A DNA stretch of 29,838 bases from positions 62,001 through 91,838 of the forward strand of contig NKIB01010963.1 in the NCBI GenBank assembly GCA_002256025.1, written 5' to 3'. This DNA is from Asterionella formosa (taxonomy: Eukaryota). A program made the position numbers and the translations under genes. Below the pieces are notes generated by a model that had not been told where the DNA came from, made no database searches, and worked only from the letters and a program-made list of their open reading frames with translations. This document shows, piece after piece, positions 10,810-21,800 of the stretch; positions within the stretch are counted from its first letter, which is position 1; every line of letters begins with the position of its first letter.

Positions 10810-11525
10810 GCCATGATATTCCACCATATATTGTCTATACGAAATTTGAATGCGTTCAGCTATGATAACTTTTGCTCCCCCCTCCTAAACACTATCTCAG
10901 CACCCTTGTCATAGATTTTTCTTTATCCTTTGGCTGCACAGGCCCAGATTATTCAATGCCTTCATCTACAAGTTCAATCAAACACGTTGGCATCAAGAAA
11001 ACCTCAACCCCGATTTTTCTCACATGCTCCGCCCATCGTACTTTCTTCATTGATGATGTCGAGGTAGCTATATTGACGTCAGGTGGCGCAGGCTTGTGTA
11101 TAGATTGATGATGCCGAAAGCACTGCTTCCTTTTCCGGTAGGTACCTATTTGTCAACATTGTTTGGGTCAATCCATTCTTGTTCCGGCAAGACCACAGCA
11201 ATTATCCCTTTACTTCTCCTCCCAAGAACCTTCATTTCTCTTTCACAATTGTCCTGATGTTTGCAGAGCATCTTTAGTTCCCTCTTGATTTTTCCACTGG
11301 TTTTGATCCCTTTGGCATTCAAGTCAAGAAACAAGCAACTCATTGAGATTTCTGGAGGTTTTGGTCAGTGGCACCATACAGCAAGCAACAATCAACAGAT
11401 CATGGCGGCTGTTCTCCATTTTCTGTAGCAAGTGACATCCAAGAAGGATCTAGGATCATTGGGGAGAAAAATTAGTAGGCTTCTCTGTGTTTGCCCCAGC
11501 CCGTTTGGCATTCTACCATATCGTC
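10810..11525 (-). mobile_element. Degenerate DDE-type (IS630/Tc1-related) transposase remnant
   Basis: Frameshifted pieces in collinear order: PND..F/WMS..RHD, DLNAKGIKTSGK, KGIIAVVLPEQEWID, TSLRHL, LDIINEE, KIGVEVFLMPTCLIELVDEGIE*S..AK, ERI. These resemble the KG..QVL.ERG.ID and PK.H.EL..IE..W..AK signatures recalled for Tc1/IS630-like eukaryotic transposases. Confidence 0.55.
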
Positions 11526-13117
11526 CTCTCAATCAATACTAGCTAGTAGTATAGCTAATGAAAACGGTAATTAGATGAAATGCGACTTCCTTTTTCTAAT
11601 ATTTTAAATTGTTGCACTACTGAAACTTGAATCCATAAATGGGCATTTGACTTGTGCTTCGTGCATTTTTGCAGTATAGACTGGCTGGTGGGGGGCGATA
11701 GACCAAAGTGTCTGGCTTTTCATCTACCTGTCGTCAAAGGTAAAGAACTAGTATGATGACAAAGGAAATCTGATGAGACATGAAAATTACAAAACCAGAA
11801 TCACTCTGTTACTAAAAATAGACAGTCTCATGCTTCTTTGTGAATATCGCCTACTATGCTGCGTTTCAATTCTAGATGTATAACGTTCTTGTTAGAGAGA
11901 CGATGATACTACAGAGAAGTAGATTGTGCTGTTCTATAATGGATGCGGTTTAGCTATGATTGAGGTTGTAACACTGATTGATGCTCTGGTGACATACCGG
12001 AAATATTCGTCTTGTGTGATAAGCCATTTCGTTTTCATTGGATTTCTTTTCAAGCTCTTAACAGATTGCATACGAACATACTGTGCAATGTAGATGATGA
12101 TTCATTGAAGACATATGATGACTTGAATGACAAATGAAGATTTTATCACAAATAACTCGTTCCTCTCGACATGGCTGCTTTGTTGTTGTTGCAAGAATCA
12201 GAGTGAGGACTGGTGAGGATGATGAGCCAAGAAATTTAAAAAAAGGAACCTAAAAGAAACAATACATATAATAATTAAATTTCCATAGTCAAAAGGGTTA
12301 CTATTTAAATTACGAGGGCATTTATCAAAATTATTAGATAATGTAATGAAAAATTATGATCAGATGATCATAATCCTATGATGCATCATAGGAATATGAT
12401 GGTTTTTATTTGCAGATGCCATCAAACCTAAATGCTGTCGCATTGACAGGTACAGGCAGCACCAAACACAAAGTAAGAAAAATGGTACCAGTACAAAAGG
12501 AGTGGCTCCCTGAAGGTCTCAAGAAGCAATCACCTAACTTTTTTACTACCCTAAGCATGATACAAATACTCAATTCAACAACATTCTTTATGAAGACATT
12601 AATTGCTGATGGTTATAGTTAGTTTTTCTATTTACTGTCTTTCATATTTCATCTTGACAATGAGAGAAGTAACAAGAATTTAGCAGCATGCATGCTAATG
12701 CCAAGAGCACCTGTCTTTAACGTATTATCTGCAGGCGTACTGGGTATTAATCCCTTTCTGGGGTTGCTGCAGGGGTACAATCTTGCTTATAACCCGGATC
12801 CCCGCTACATAGCAGTAGACGAAGCAATTGAATTCTTCTTATTTTCGATGAGGCAATCATTTCAGAATACGTACAAAGCGCGTTAGCTTCATCGGACAAA
12901 ATGACGCAGCTGGGGGGGGGGTCATTCCACAAGCTAAATGCCGAAATCATATGATATCCGTACCCGGTTGGTCGATTCGAAATTGATTGGCATTTATCAG
13001 CGGTATTCATCCATTGCGCCAACTGCTTTTCTTGTCATGATATCGTCTCCTCGTCTTGCGAATACTTTATTGACGGTATCATTGTACCTTGGACCAGCAC
13101 TTTTGCACATGCAACCA

Positions 13118-13745
13118 ACCTGGTACCAGGTACTATCCATATGCCAAATACTTTCTGCCGGGACATACTACCTGCAAGTTGCGGTCATTTGGCTATAATA
13201 AACAATCTAATATAGGATAAAGATAGCTAAATGTTTCGTTTCAGCATAATTACATATCGCAACTTGCTGGCACAAGGTACCAGGTACCCTGGTACCGGTA
13301 ACGGAGTGTTGGCCTGGTAGTACAAGGTACAGGAAAAGCGAACTGAAATTAATTATTTCCCTGACTCTGGTGCACCATGTACTAACCAGGTAACTGATAC
13401 CAGTAGGACCCTGGCATATACCTGGTGCTGTTAGCTGTCATACCAAAATTCCTTTTTTTACCGGTATTTTTTCGAGAACAGTGTACCGGAACTGCATGTC
13501 CATTCTTGCTAGGGTGGGTCGAAGCAATACCACGCTGTTTTGATGCTGTAACAGTACCAGGTAGCAGGTACCAGTAGTCAGTCTAATGGTAATAGTTAGT
13601 ATATGAAAGGAATTCTTGCTCCATACCTGATACCTGGTACCAGGTACCAGGGTACTCTAATTTTTGTCAAACTGTAATACCGGTACCTGTGCGTGTCCGA
13701 AACTACATGTACACCGGTGTGCACACTGGTACCTGGTACGGTATA
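13118..13745. repeat. Dense cluster of GGTACC/TACCAGGTA-type palindromic units upstream of the 13877 gene
   Basis: ACCTGGTACCAGGT at 13118-13131, GGTACCAGGTACCCTGGTACCGGTA at about 13276-13300, TACCTGGTACCAGGTA at 13631-13646, GGTACCTGGTAC at about 13728-13739. Confidence 0.75.
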
Positions 13746-13876
13746 CCATTTTGCTCTTTCTTTGTAATACTATAAGTAAATACTCGTACATATGAGTGAT
13801 TTGAAGTTTACGCAATAAACTGAAACACACAAACACTCTCATTCTCGCAATCCATCGAAACAAAGCAACTTACATC

Positions 13877-14842
13877 ATGAGCATTCGTCGGTCTCGACGA
13901 GGAGCCAAGCTGACTTATAAAGCAGGGGACAAAGTTGAGGTGAGTTACGAAAATCGCAAGTACAGGATCAAATGTCACCATCAACGAGAAATACAACAGC
14001 CTTATAGAAGCACTGCACCTTTGTTACAAGGCGAATGCGCTTGTATGCTATTAAGCTTCTTCTCTCGCTAGATTTTACGTGAAACACGCATTCTCTACAT
14101 TGATTGTTGCTTGTTGCTCGTCTCCTCCTCGGTGCCGGTAGATCGGACATGCTGCATGTGCTCCACTGAAGCAAGTGATAGGTCAGATCCGACGAGACTT
14201 CAATTGTTGGTACTAGTTAAGGCGTAATCCCAGAAGGACTCACTAATTTAATTTCCGCCGACATCACAATTTCAGGTTGTCAGGGATGAAGGGGTCGCCA
14301 TTGGAACACTCCTCCGCAAAGTTGATGACGAAGGTGACGAGTCACCGTCCTCGGTGGTCATGCACTGGGTTGTCGCCTTCCTCGATGCGACCGAAGAGGA
14401 GATCAGCGAGAAGTTCATTGGTCGGCTGGCGGAAGGAGTCAAGAGTGACAGCAGCCCTTCTCAGTCCGGAAAGAATACTAACAAAAAGGCCACCACCAAG
14501 AAGAAGGTGCCACAAGCGAAACCGAAAGTGCAACGAAAAGTCAAGTTCGGAGCTCCCGAACCAGAAAAGCTAGTCCTGGTAGATGCAGTGGCCGCTGCTG
14601 CTGCTGCAACTGCGGCCTATAACTCTCGCACGCACAGTACTCGATCTGCGGTGAAGAAAGGGGGAACGGAACAAACTCTTTACGAAGGTATCCAGGAGAC
14701 AAGAAAACCTGCCAAGGGTGGCCGCAAGCAAGCTGGAGGTAAGGATGATGACACCACTGTTGTCAAAATTAAGATGCATACAGGCACATTGATCATGTAT
14801 CGAGGCTTACACCGTCGGGCTGAGTTTGTATGGTCTGTCTGA
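13877..14842 (+). CDS. Hypothetical basic protein, 209 aa; exons 13877-13939 and 14276-14842; possible Tudor/SH3-like N-terminal domain
   Basis: Intron 13940-14275 (GTGAGT...CACTAAT...TTTCAG) joins YKAGDKVE|VVRDEGVAIGTL in frame. Lys-rich linker, poly-Ala and a compact C-terminus VVKIKMHTGTLIMYRGLHRRAEFV. Confidence 0.75.
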
Positions 14843-14963
14843 CACGTTTCATAAACATTATGGGATTAACAATACGTGAACTATACTATATTGGCGTAAG
14901 GTGTCGTAATTCACTAAAAGAATAACAAACTTTAGCCATATTAATACCTTATGTTCGCGAAGC

Positions 14964-16604
14964 TCACTGTAAAGCGCTACCATTCATGATAGATAATGCA
15001 ATTCGTTCGCGACACTGAGTAACGTGCTCTTGCGAAAAAACCAAAGGGCAGTCCTTGGATAAGAAATCAGCAAACATACAGGTGAAAACGCCGCAATCGT
15101 ACCCTAAGGACAATGATTCGCCACCATGAGAACTCGATGGGTAAGATTCAGATCAATTATCATGGAAGCACTTACCATTCTGTTGATTTGGTGTGTCGGG
15201 TTGCGTAACGACAAGCTCCCATTCATCCTGATCAGGCATTTCGCATTTCTTCTTGTCCTTGTGATCATCCTTTAAATACTGAAAGATGGCCTCGAGATAA
15301 GGTCGTCCTGATCCCCCCAGGGAATCAAACATTTGAATTCGTTTCTCGGACATGAAGGCGACAGCACAAATCCAATGACTATTTCCTTGGTTAATCGGAA
15401 AGAAAATTTTCTCCAAAGCAAAGAGATCCTTTCCCGGTACATTCTTTGACCATCTCTTGACCTGCCTATACTCATATTTTCCGTTCATTTTAGGATCTGC
15501 GTGTCCTTCATTAAGCAGCTTAGTGATAAAGAATGATTTGAAAAAATGGGACGGCTTTCGGGATGGATCGTTTTTGCCAAGTTCTTCATCACGATTGGCA
15601 AGCATGACATAAAAGTAATGTATGACTTCGTCGTTTAACCACTGACCAGGTCGTAGACGATGCATTGACTCTCGCCGGACCGAATCAGTTCCGACTCGAC
15701 ACAAAATATCATCAGGTCGACCATTTCCGTAAATTGCATCTTCAACCTTCTTTTTTTCTTCACTGGTAAGAGGACGAAGAAGCAATGCCGCACTTTCGCG
15801 AGCTTCGGCTACTCGCTCCGCTTCGGCAATTCGTACTCGCTCTTCGTCGCGGACTGATTTTGGCATGGCCCGTAACTGACTCTCTTCATATTCCTTTCTA
15901 GCTATATCCTTGTGTTCAGCATCAGACTTACCTAAAGTGCTTTGCTCAGTACCGTCCCGCTTTTTTGACGAAGCCATTGCAATTCCACGAAGTCGTTGGT
16001 GAGCCGTCTTTAGTCCCTTTATGCTCTGGCTCGACACACTCCTAGAAACAAGCGCAACGTATTCCCGTAAGCCCATAAAGCTGCCACCATATTTCTTCTT
16101 TTCACCCTGTCCCTCTTCTTCTAGACTTTCCTTGACGACGAAGACAGTCTTGAGAACTTCCATGGCCTCGGCAACGGTAGTGATCCTTCTTTCCTGTGAT
16201 TGAGGTGCTTGCTCAAGTTTGGTCAGTCCTTGTCTGATGCCAGCGACGGCGTTTGTAATGGACATATTCTGCAGCTTCCCAGTAATCTGATCCATTGCCT
16301 TTTCGTTCGCCTCTATTGTGGCGAGATGCTTGCTACTTTTCAGCACAGTTGCGAGTTGATCAACCGTGCATTCATTGCGACAATCTAGGTGGACTTCCAC
16401 CTCAAGCATTAACGCGTCCCACAGTTTTGAATCTATACGTATGACTTCCTCGTTTTTCATAGTATTCGCGGTCAGCGATTTAGTCGGGAGAATGATATCA
16501 GTTGGCATCAAGCTCTTGTGGTACTTATTACGTCGATTGATAGCCATGGAACGTGCCATTGTCTTTCGTTTTTGCAAACCCGAATATTTTGTCAGCAAAC
16601 CCAT
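14964..16604 (-). CDS. ULP1: Ulp1/SENP SUMO-specific cysteine protease (peptidase C48); exons 16604-15176 and 15103-14964, about 522 aa
   Basis: Motifs LRPGQWLNDEVI, YRQVKRW, catalytic His (NSHW) and Asp (FDSL). After a 72-nt intron at 15104-15175 (GTAAGT...TAG) comes PNQQNG|YDCGVFTC with the catalytic Cys; TGA at 14964-14966. Confidence 0.93.
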
Positions 16605-17290
16605 TCTTTCATCTACTTTTTAAATTCAAATTAATGCAATCAATGCAATGAAATTCTGTACTTCCACAATGAGCTATCGTCCACAATAGTATAGTCGCCG
16701 CTGGAACAACTTCCCCTGGCAGCTTCTTATGTACTCCGATCCTCAAGCAATTGTAACAATGGTAAATGATAATTTTTTTTGTACTAAACTACCCCTTCTT
16801 TTTACCACGTACCGGAAAGAATACTCAAAAAGCAATGAAGATATTTGGGTATTGCAAGCCAATATGGAATAGGGATAAATGATATACTGAGTTGAAACAG
16901 AGATTCCTGATTCCAGATCAGGTTATGAGAGTGTCAATATTTTTTCCGTCTCTAGTGACCTGATTAGGAACATGTACCACAATCCACTAGATGATTGATT
17001 CAAGGACACATGGTTAAATATCGTGTGCAAAATGCCACAGCTAGGAGAGGAACTTTCAGGAAAAGTTCTCTCTAACCTTTTAAATGGACTCTAGCAGGCG
17101 ATCAGACCTAGAGGCCAAATCAATAAATGATTGACTAGACAATTACAGGTATGTCCGCAAAATCCAGGAACATTAAAGAAGCTAACTAGATATGATCTAG
17201 TTATAGCTTATTAACAGGATCATTCTGTAAGCAGTCTTCGATCAAACAGCATCTGGCATAAGTTGAGATAGATCAAGATAAGACATACTA

Positions 17291-17683
17291 TGTGTCAGAT
17301 GATACCAGCAAGTTGTGGTAAATATACTGACAGTCATATGAAACATTTAGCCCGCAATATCGTGGAATATTCAATTCGAAAACTGGTATGCTGGCCTGCT
17401 TGAAGCCGAACTGTGGTAGATCCGGCAAGTTTGTCAACAACTTTATTTTCTATAAAGCTCCAATTTGTCCTGTTAAATTGAATATGTGGTAATGAAACCT
17501 TCTAAAATGAATTAAAGTGTTATAATTGTATGTGTCTGGGGATTGTTGTGTGTGTCTGACAAGTAGATAATTATATCAGAAAAATTTTAGTATGCTGTGT
17601 CTGACAGGAAATCTTCTGACAAAATATTGTCTGACAAGCAATCTTCTGATAAAATATCATCTGACAAAATATCGTCTGACACG
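17291..17683. mobile_element. Possible non-autonomous TIR/foldback-type element
   Basis: TGTGTCAGATGATA (17291-17304) versus the reverse complement of 17670-17683, CGTGTCAGACGATA: 12/14, both differences CpG to TpG. Subterminal 15-bp repeats. No TSD seen. Confidence 0.35.
17598..17683. repeat. 15-bp tandem array, six units (consensus about TCTGACAAAATATCG/T)
   Basis: TCTGAY at 17600, 17615, 17630, 17645, 17660 and 17675; a further in-phase TCTGAC at 17555. Confidence 0.9.
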
Positions 17684-19322
17684 AGCTCTCGATCGCAAGA
17701 CGACCAATTCGAACCAACTGTACTACAGCTGTAAGTCGACGGAATGTCCGGAGTCGTGATCGAGGATTGCTGGAGCAATAGCACAGGTCTACTCAAGCCG
17801 AAGACGCCAGTCGAAATTATGCAGATCCACAGCCCAAATTCTTGTCTTGCGCTTCCGAATTTATGTTTATTAGGTCGCAATGATCCCATTGTGGTCCTGA
17901 CCAATTCTTTGTGGTTCCTCAAACTCGTTTCTTTCTTTATTAGGCGATTTCTGATAGTCTACTAGTAAAAATTACCGTACTGCTCTGTACCTTTGTCCCG
18001 CATGTACAAGCGTGAGGATTGAAGACAATGCATGTGAATTCCCATGAATTCCTGGGTGGGGGCCTATTACTCTAACACATCTTTGTCTTGAAAATCCTGA
18101 AACACTACCCAGATTCATCCAAGCTCAGATCATTTTATTGATGGCAGACCACGATGACGACATTATCACAAAAGGCGATGAGCAGCTCAGAAAAGCTTGT
18201 ATCCACACTAGCCCACATACTTACTTCTCTTCAATGATGAACCCTTCGTTTGCTTGAGTACCACAGTTTGATTGAGCTCCTGCTTCTTGTAACTCCTCCA
18301 TCCACTATTATAGACTTTCTTTTACATTGATAGAGTGGACTGATAAGGGCACCATCAGTCTGCCATTTTATTCTTGAATGTTACTCCATTCGTTGCTGTG
18401 ACCTATTTTGCATTTCTTTTCTCTCATCCTTTCCTGTAGGATTAGAAGCAATTCGGTTTACTATGCTCATACTAATCATGAGTTGATGTAGACATCTTTG
18501 TTGTTTGTGACGATATTTAAATTAAGGAAGGAGTAGTAGAAAAGCTATTTGAAGTAGACTTAACTTCTAGTGTCGCACTTCGTTTTAATTCATTTTTACT
18601 TGGTACTAGTAAGGGATTCACAGAAAATATGTTGCCTAACTAGCATTTACTATCCCAGAAATAGCACCTCAGGGCATTTTCCACCATAGTTGCTATTTAG
18701 GGTCTAGCTAAGTTTCAGAATACATAATTACAAGTTATACAATGCAACAATACAAGTATGAAAGGATTAATCATTCGAAAAACTCTTTCCTAATAATTAT
18801 TAGCGTATCTTGAAACTAAGTTTAGTGGTGACTTCGCCGCAGTGGATTAGTTTTTAACTTGTGCTCTGGAGTGCATGATGTGGTTTTCTACGGTGGTGAA
18901 TATTCCTGTAGAGTATCAACAGCTCTTATTTTTGATGACCTCGTCAATAGACATAGGGAATCTTTTGTTTAACAACAAACTAACAAATTTATGGTTACTT
19001 CTAGGTTGTCGCATGTTGATATGATTGTGAATTGGTTTGACAATTGGTATTAGTGATGGAAACTTGTTGTGTAGTTCAGTGGCATCAAACATGATCCTGT
19101 ATGAAAAAATGGCCGCATGTCGCCTTGCGCTTGTTCTGAGCGATTCGTATGGTCCCAAGGTCTCATGACTGATGATGGTGCACCTTGTGATAAGTTTTTG
19201 TCCCCACTATTCAACTACATATACGGATATATGACTGGTTTCTGGATATATATTAAATAGAAAATAGATTGCTACATGAAATTAGTAAGTCAAGCTGAGA
19301 TTGGCTCAGGATTAAAGGAGCT

Positions 19323-20295
19323 TCAAAACACATCGGATGCAGCATCGATACTGTTTCGGGAGAGAGTTCTGTTAACTTTGGAAAATGCACTTGCTCTAGT
19401 CAGTCTCCGCTTTCTCTCGACATAAACCAAGCCAGTAATTCCAATAATAAGAGCAACAACTGAAAGGACAATGCCAACAATGGCAGTGGACTGAATGCCA
19501 CCATTTCCAGTTGAAGTTCCTGTGTTGTTCGTGGTCGATATTTTAGTTGTTGGTATACCAACGACATCACCAGATTGGGCTGTCTCTAGAACGTTCACTG
19601 AATAGATGTTGAGAAGGCCTGCAGCTATGGTTTTTGACCCATCCTCATCAAATTTATTCTCGACTTTGTCATAAATCGTTTTCATCATAGTTTCGGACAC
19701 GGTATTGCCATAGACAAGAACGACGCCTTTGTAAATTGCACATACACCATTGGTACTTTTCGCCTCGCAAGCCTCTGCATACAAACAGCGATGACAGTTT
19801 AAAGGTCAGCAAAACACATTGCAGGTTGATTTCACTTGTTTGATCAACCTTGCTTGTTTGAAACTCACCTGGCATCTTCTCCAGTTCACGAGTAAAGCGG
19901 AATCCAGTGAGTGGGACATCTGAAAGTATTCTTGCTTTACGGATCCGATTTGTGCTATATTTGCATTCTTCAGGGAAAAAATACGTCAGGAGAGTTTTTT
20001 CTACTAGATGGGAAATTTGCGAGAAAATGGAGAATAAGTCAGCGTCGGGAGAGTACTCAATCGCAAGGCCATACGTCACAGGAACGCTGTTGCCCATTGT
20101 TGATCCGAAGTAGCCATCACCGTCTGGTTTGCAAAAGTATTCTCCACTAAAGTCGATTTCAAGTGAACTTGCGCTAAATGAATGCCTGCTTGTGGCTACT
20201 TCTTCGAGTTGACGTCTTGAATCATATGCCTCCACTCCCATAGCAAGAGAGGCTATAGATGCAGCAGCAGCAGCGATTGGAAAGAGAGACTTCAT
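19323..20295 (-). CDS. Secreted-pathway type I membrane protein, 292 aa; exons 20295-19869 and 19774-19323
   Basis: Signal peptide MKSLFPIAAAAASIASLAMGVEA. RXL-like motifs (RRQL, RIL), four Cys, a Thr/Gly-rich linker, TM AIVGIVLSVVALIIGITGLVYV and basic stop-transfer ERKRR. A 94-nt intron at 19775-19868 (GTGAGT..GCTGAC..CAG) is in frame. Confidence 0.85.
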
Positions 20296-21487
20296 GTCGT
20301 CGCGATGGTTTGTTAAAGATTTGCTTTCTTTTTTGACGAAAAATAATTCCTTACTCACAGTTATGTTCTACCCCAACGCCGCACCCAGTTGTGTTTTCGA
20401 CCGGAAATATGAAGTCGTAGCCTCCGTTGGACATAATTTTTGCTCAAATATACCGATGCATAAGATGATAGCCTCTAAAGGTTTTTACATACCGGTACTT
20501 GGTAACTATGGAGTACCGGTACCTCGTACCAGGTACCTGGTGAGTAACAGGCACCTACCGGTAGTCACGTTGGTGTCCGACCCAGTCGCTTGGCTGACGA
20601 TGTTCCAACAGAAACATAGAGCATTTGCGCGTGTCGGTGAAAAGTACATAAGCGTCGATATTCATAGATGAATGGTATTATTTGTCCATGCTGTCAAATT
20701 TATGATATACTGGTATTGTTGCAGACCGTAAATCTCATGCTCCTGTCTCCTCAATGTACACACCCACGACTAGATTTACTTAGATGGGGCGACAGGGTGA
20801 TGGCGATTTTGCCAGGCCAGTCACATACTAATTTCTAGAGCGATGTAGCTGTATGTACATCTTTCTACACCCATATTCTCATGTCTGGGTTCTACAAGGT
20901 CCTGTCTTGTTCACAGAATTTCCGCAAGCCAACCACATTTTCTTGACAATATTTATTTGTGCATCATGAAGAAAAAAAATCAGGCTGAACAAAACAACTT
21001 TGGAAGAAGTATTTTCGAAGCCAAATAACAACAAGCTGACCACCAGAGCCTATTCTGTTTTACTGAACAGGTCAGGCAATGGAGGACCATGTTTGCTTCC
21101 CTATCTGTTCCAACACAGAAAGACAATGATGAGGATGATAACAATTGCTTATCAAATCCCTGAAACACACAGTACAACCACTTCTAAAGAAATCGAAACT
21201 CTTCATTGAGGAATATTCAATCAGCAACACTAGACGCATTCAAGAGCTAGTAGCTATACAGAAATAAAGGTTTGATATGCACCCAGGATTTTCACCTGTG
21301 GTTCCACATCGGCCTTGAGCATCTTCTTCATAGCAGACCATAGAAGAAGAATAAATTTTTGGAAAAAGCGGATTTTTATGCATAGTATGCAGCCTCAGCG
21401 AAGCTGGCAGCACAAGGACAATCGTCTATCACAACATTTTTCGATTAAGAAAAAGAAACACAACAAAGACAAATTAGACGCGCCTAC

Positions 21488-21800
21488 TACTATGCAATGG
21501 AATAGTGGAATCATCGAAATGAGTTCGTCTATGGAGCCAGTCTCCTTCCCACTAAGAATGCACGCCGACTCACATTGCTTCAAACCCAGATAACCACAGC
21601 TTACTTCACCCACCAGATCTCAGTCCCAGCTGATGAAAGGGGTCATCTCCTGTTTGGTCTTGTTCCTCTCTCTCAACACTTACTTCATTCTCCGTCTGCA
21701 ATGACGGCCTGGCTGGCAATCTAGCTATTGTGCAGGTCAACTTTGCCTCACATCCTACATAAGAAAAAGATAAACGCCGTCAGGACACTGCTATCCGACC
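21488..21800 (+). mobile_element. Non-LTR retrotransposon (LINE) ORF C-terminal fragment
   Basis: Frame 21506-21724 reads WNHRNEFVYG...LQTQITTAY...VPADERGHLLF..PLSQHL....MTAWL. This matches the W..RN..(V/L)(H/Y)G...I..AY...DR.LF...WL pattern recalled for RNase H-bearing diatom LINEs. Confidence 0.55.

Noticed and set aside
11753..11842. Hammerhead-like CTGATGA...GAAA (11770-11785) and a C-box-like ATGATGA
   Set aside because: Only 5 nt lie between the core motifs, with no stem I/III or cleavage triplet. The local pairing (ATGAGAC/GTCTCAT) would disrupt the core, and C/D spacing is too short for a snoRNA.
12410..13198. Short overlapping ORFs at 12410-13198
   Set aside because: No recognisable motif or consistent exon structure; possibly gene debris but unsupported.
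14964..16604. ULP1 as transposon cargo (as in some MULE/CACTA elements)
   Set aside because: It is intact and SENP1-like, has a normal intron, is tightly convergent with a host gene and has no flanking TIR pair.
198..16604. Functional cluster of chromatin/SUMO genes (CHAF1B, Tudor-like, ULP1)
   Set aside because: The genes are separated by unrelated genes and TE debris, with no evidence of co-regulation.
17598..17683. CRISPR-like array, or a coding repeat in ORF 17587-17922
   Set aside because: Units are contiguous with no unique spacers, there are no cas genes and the context is eukaryotic. The SDDIL repeats are just the translated DNA array.
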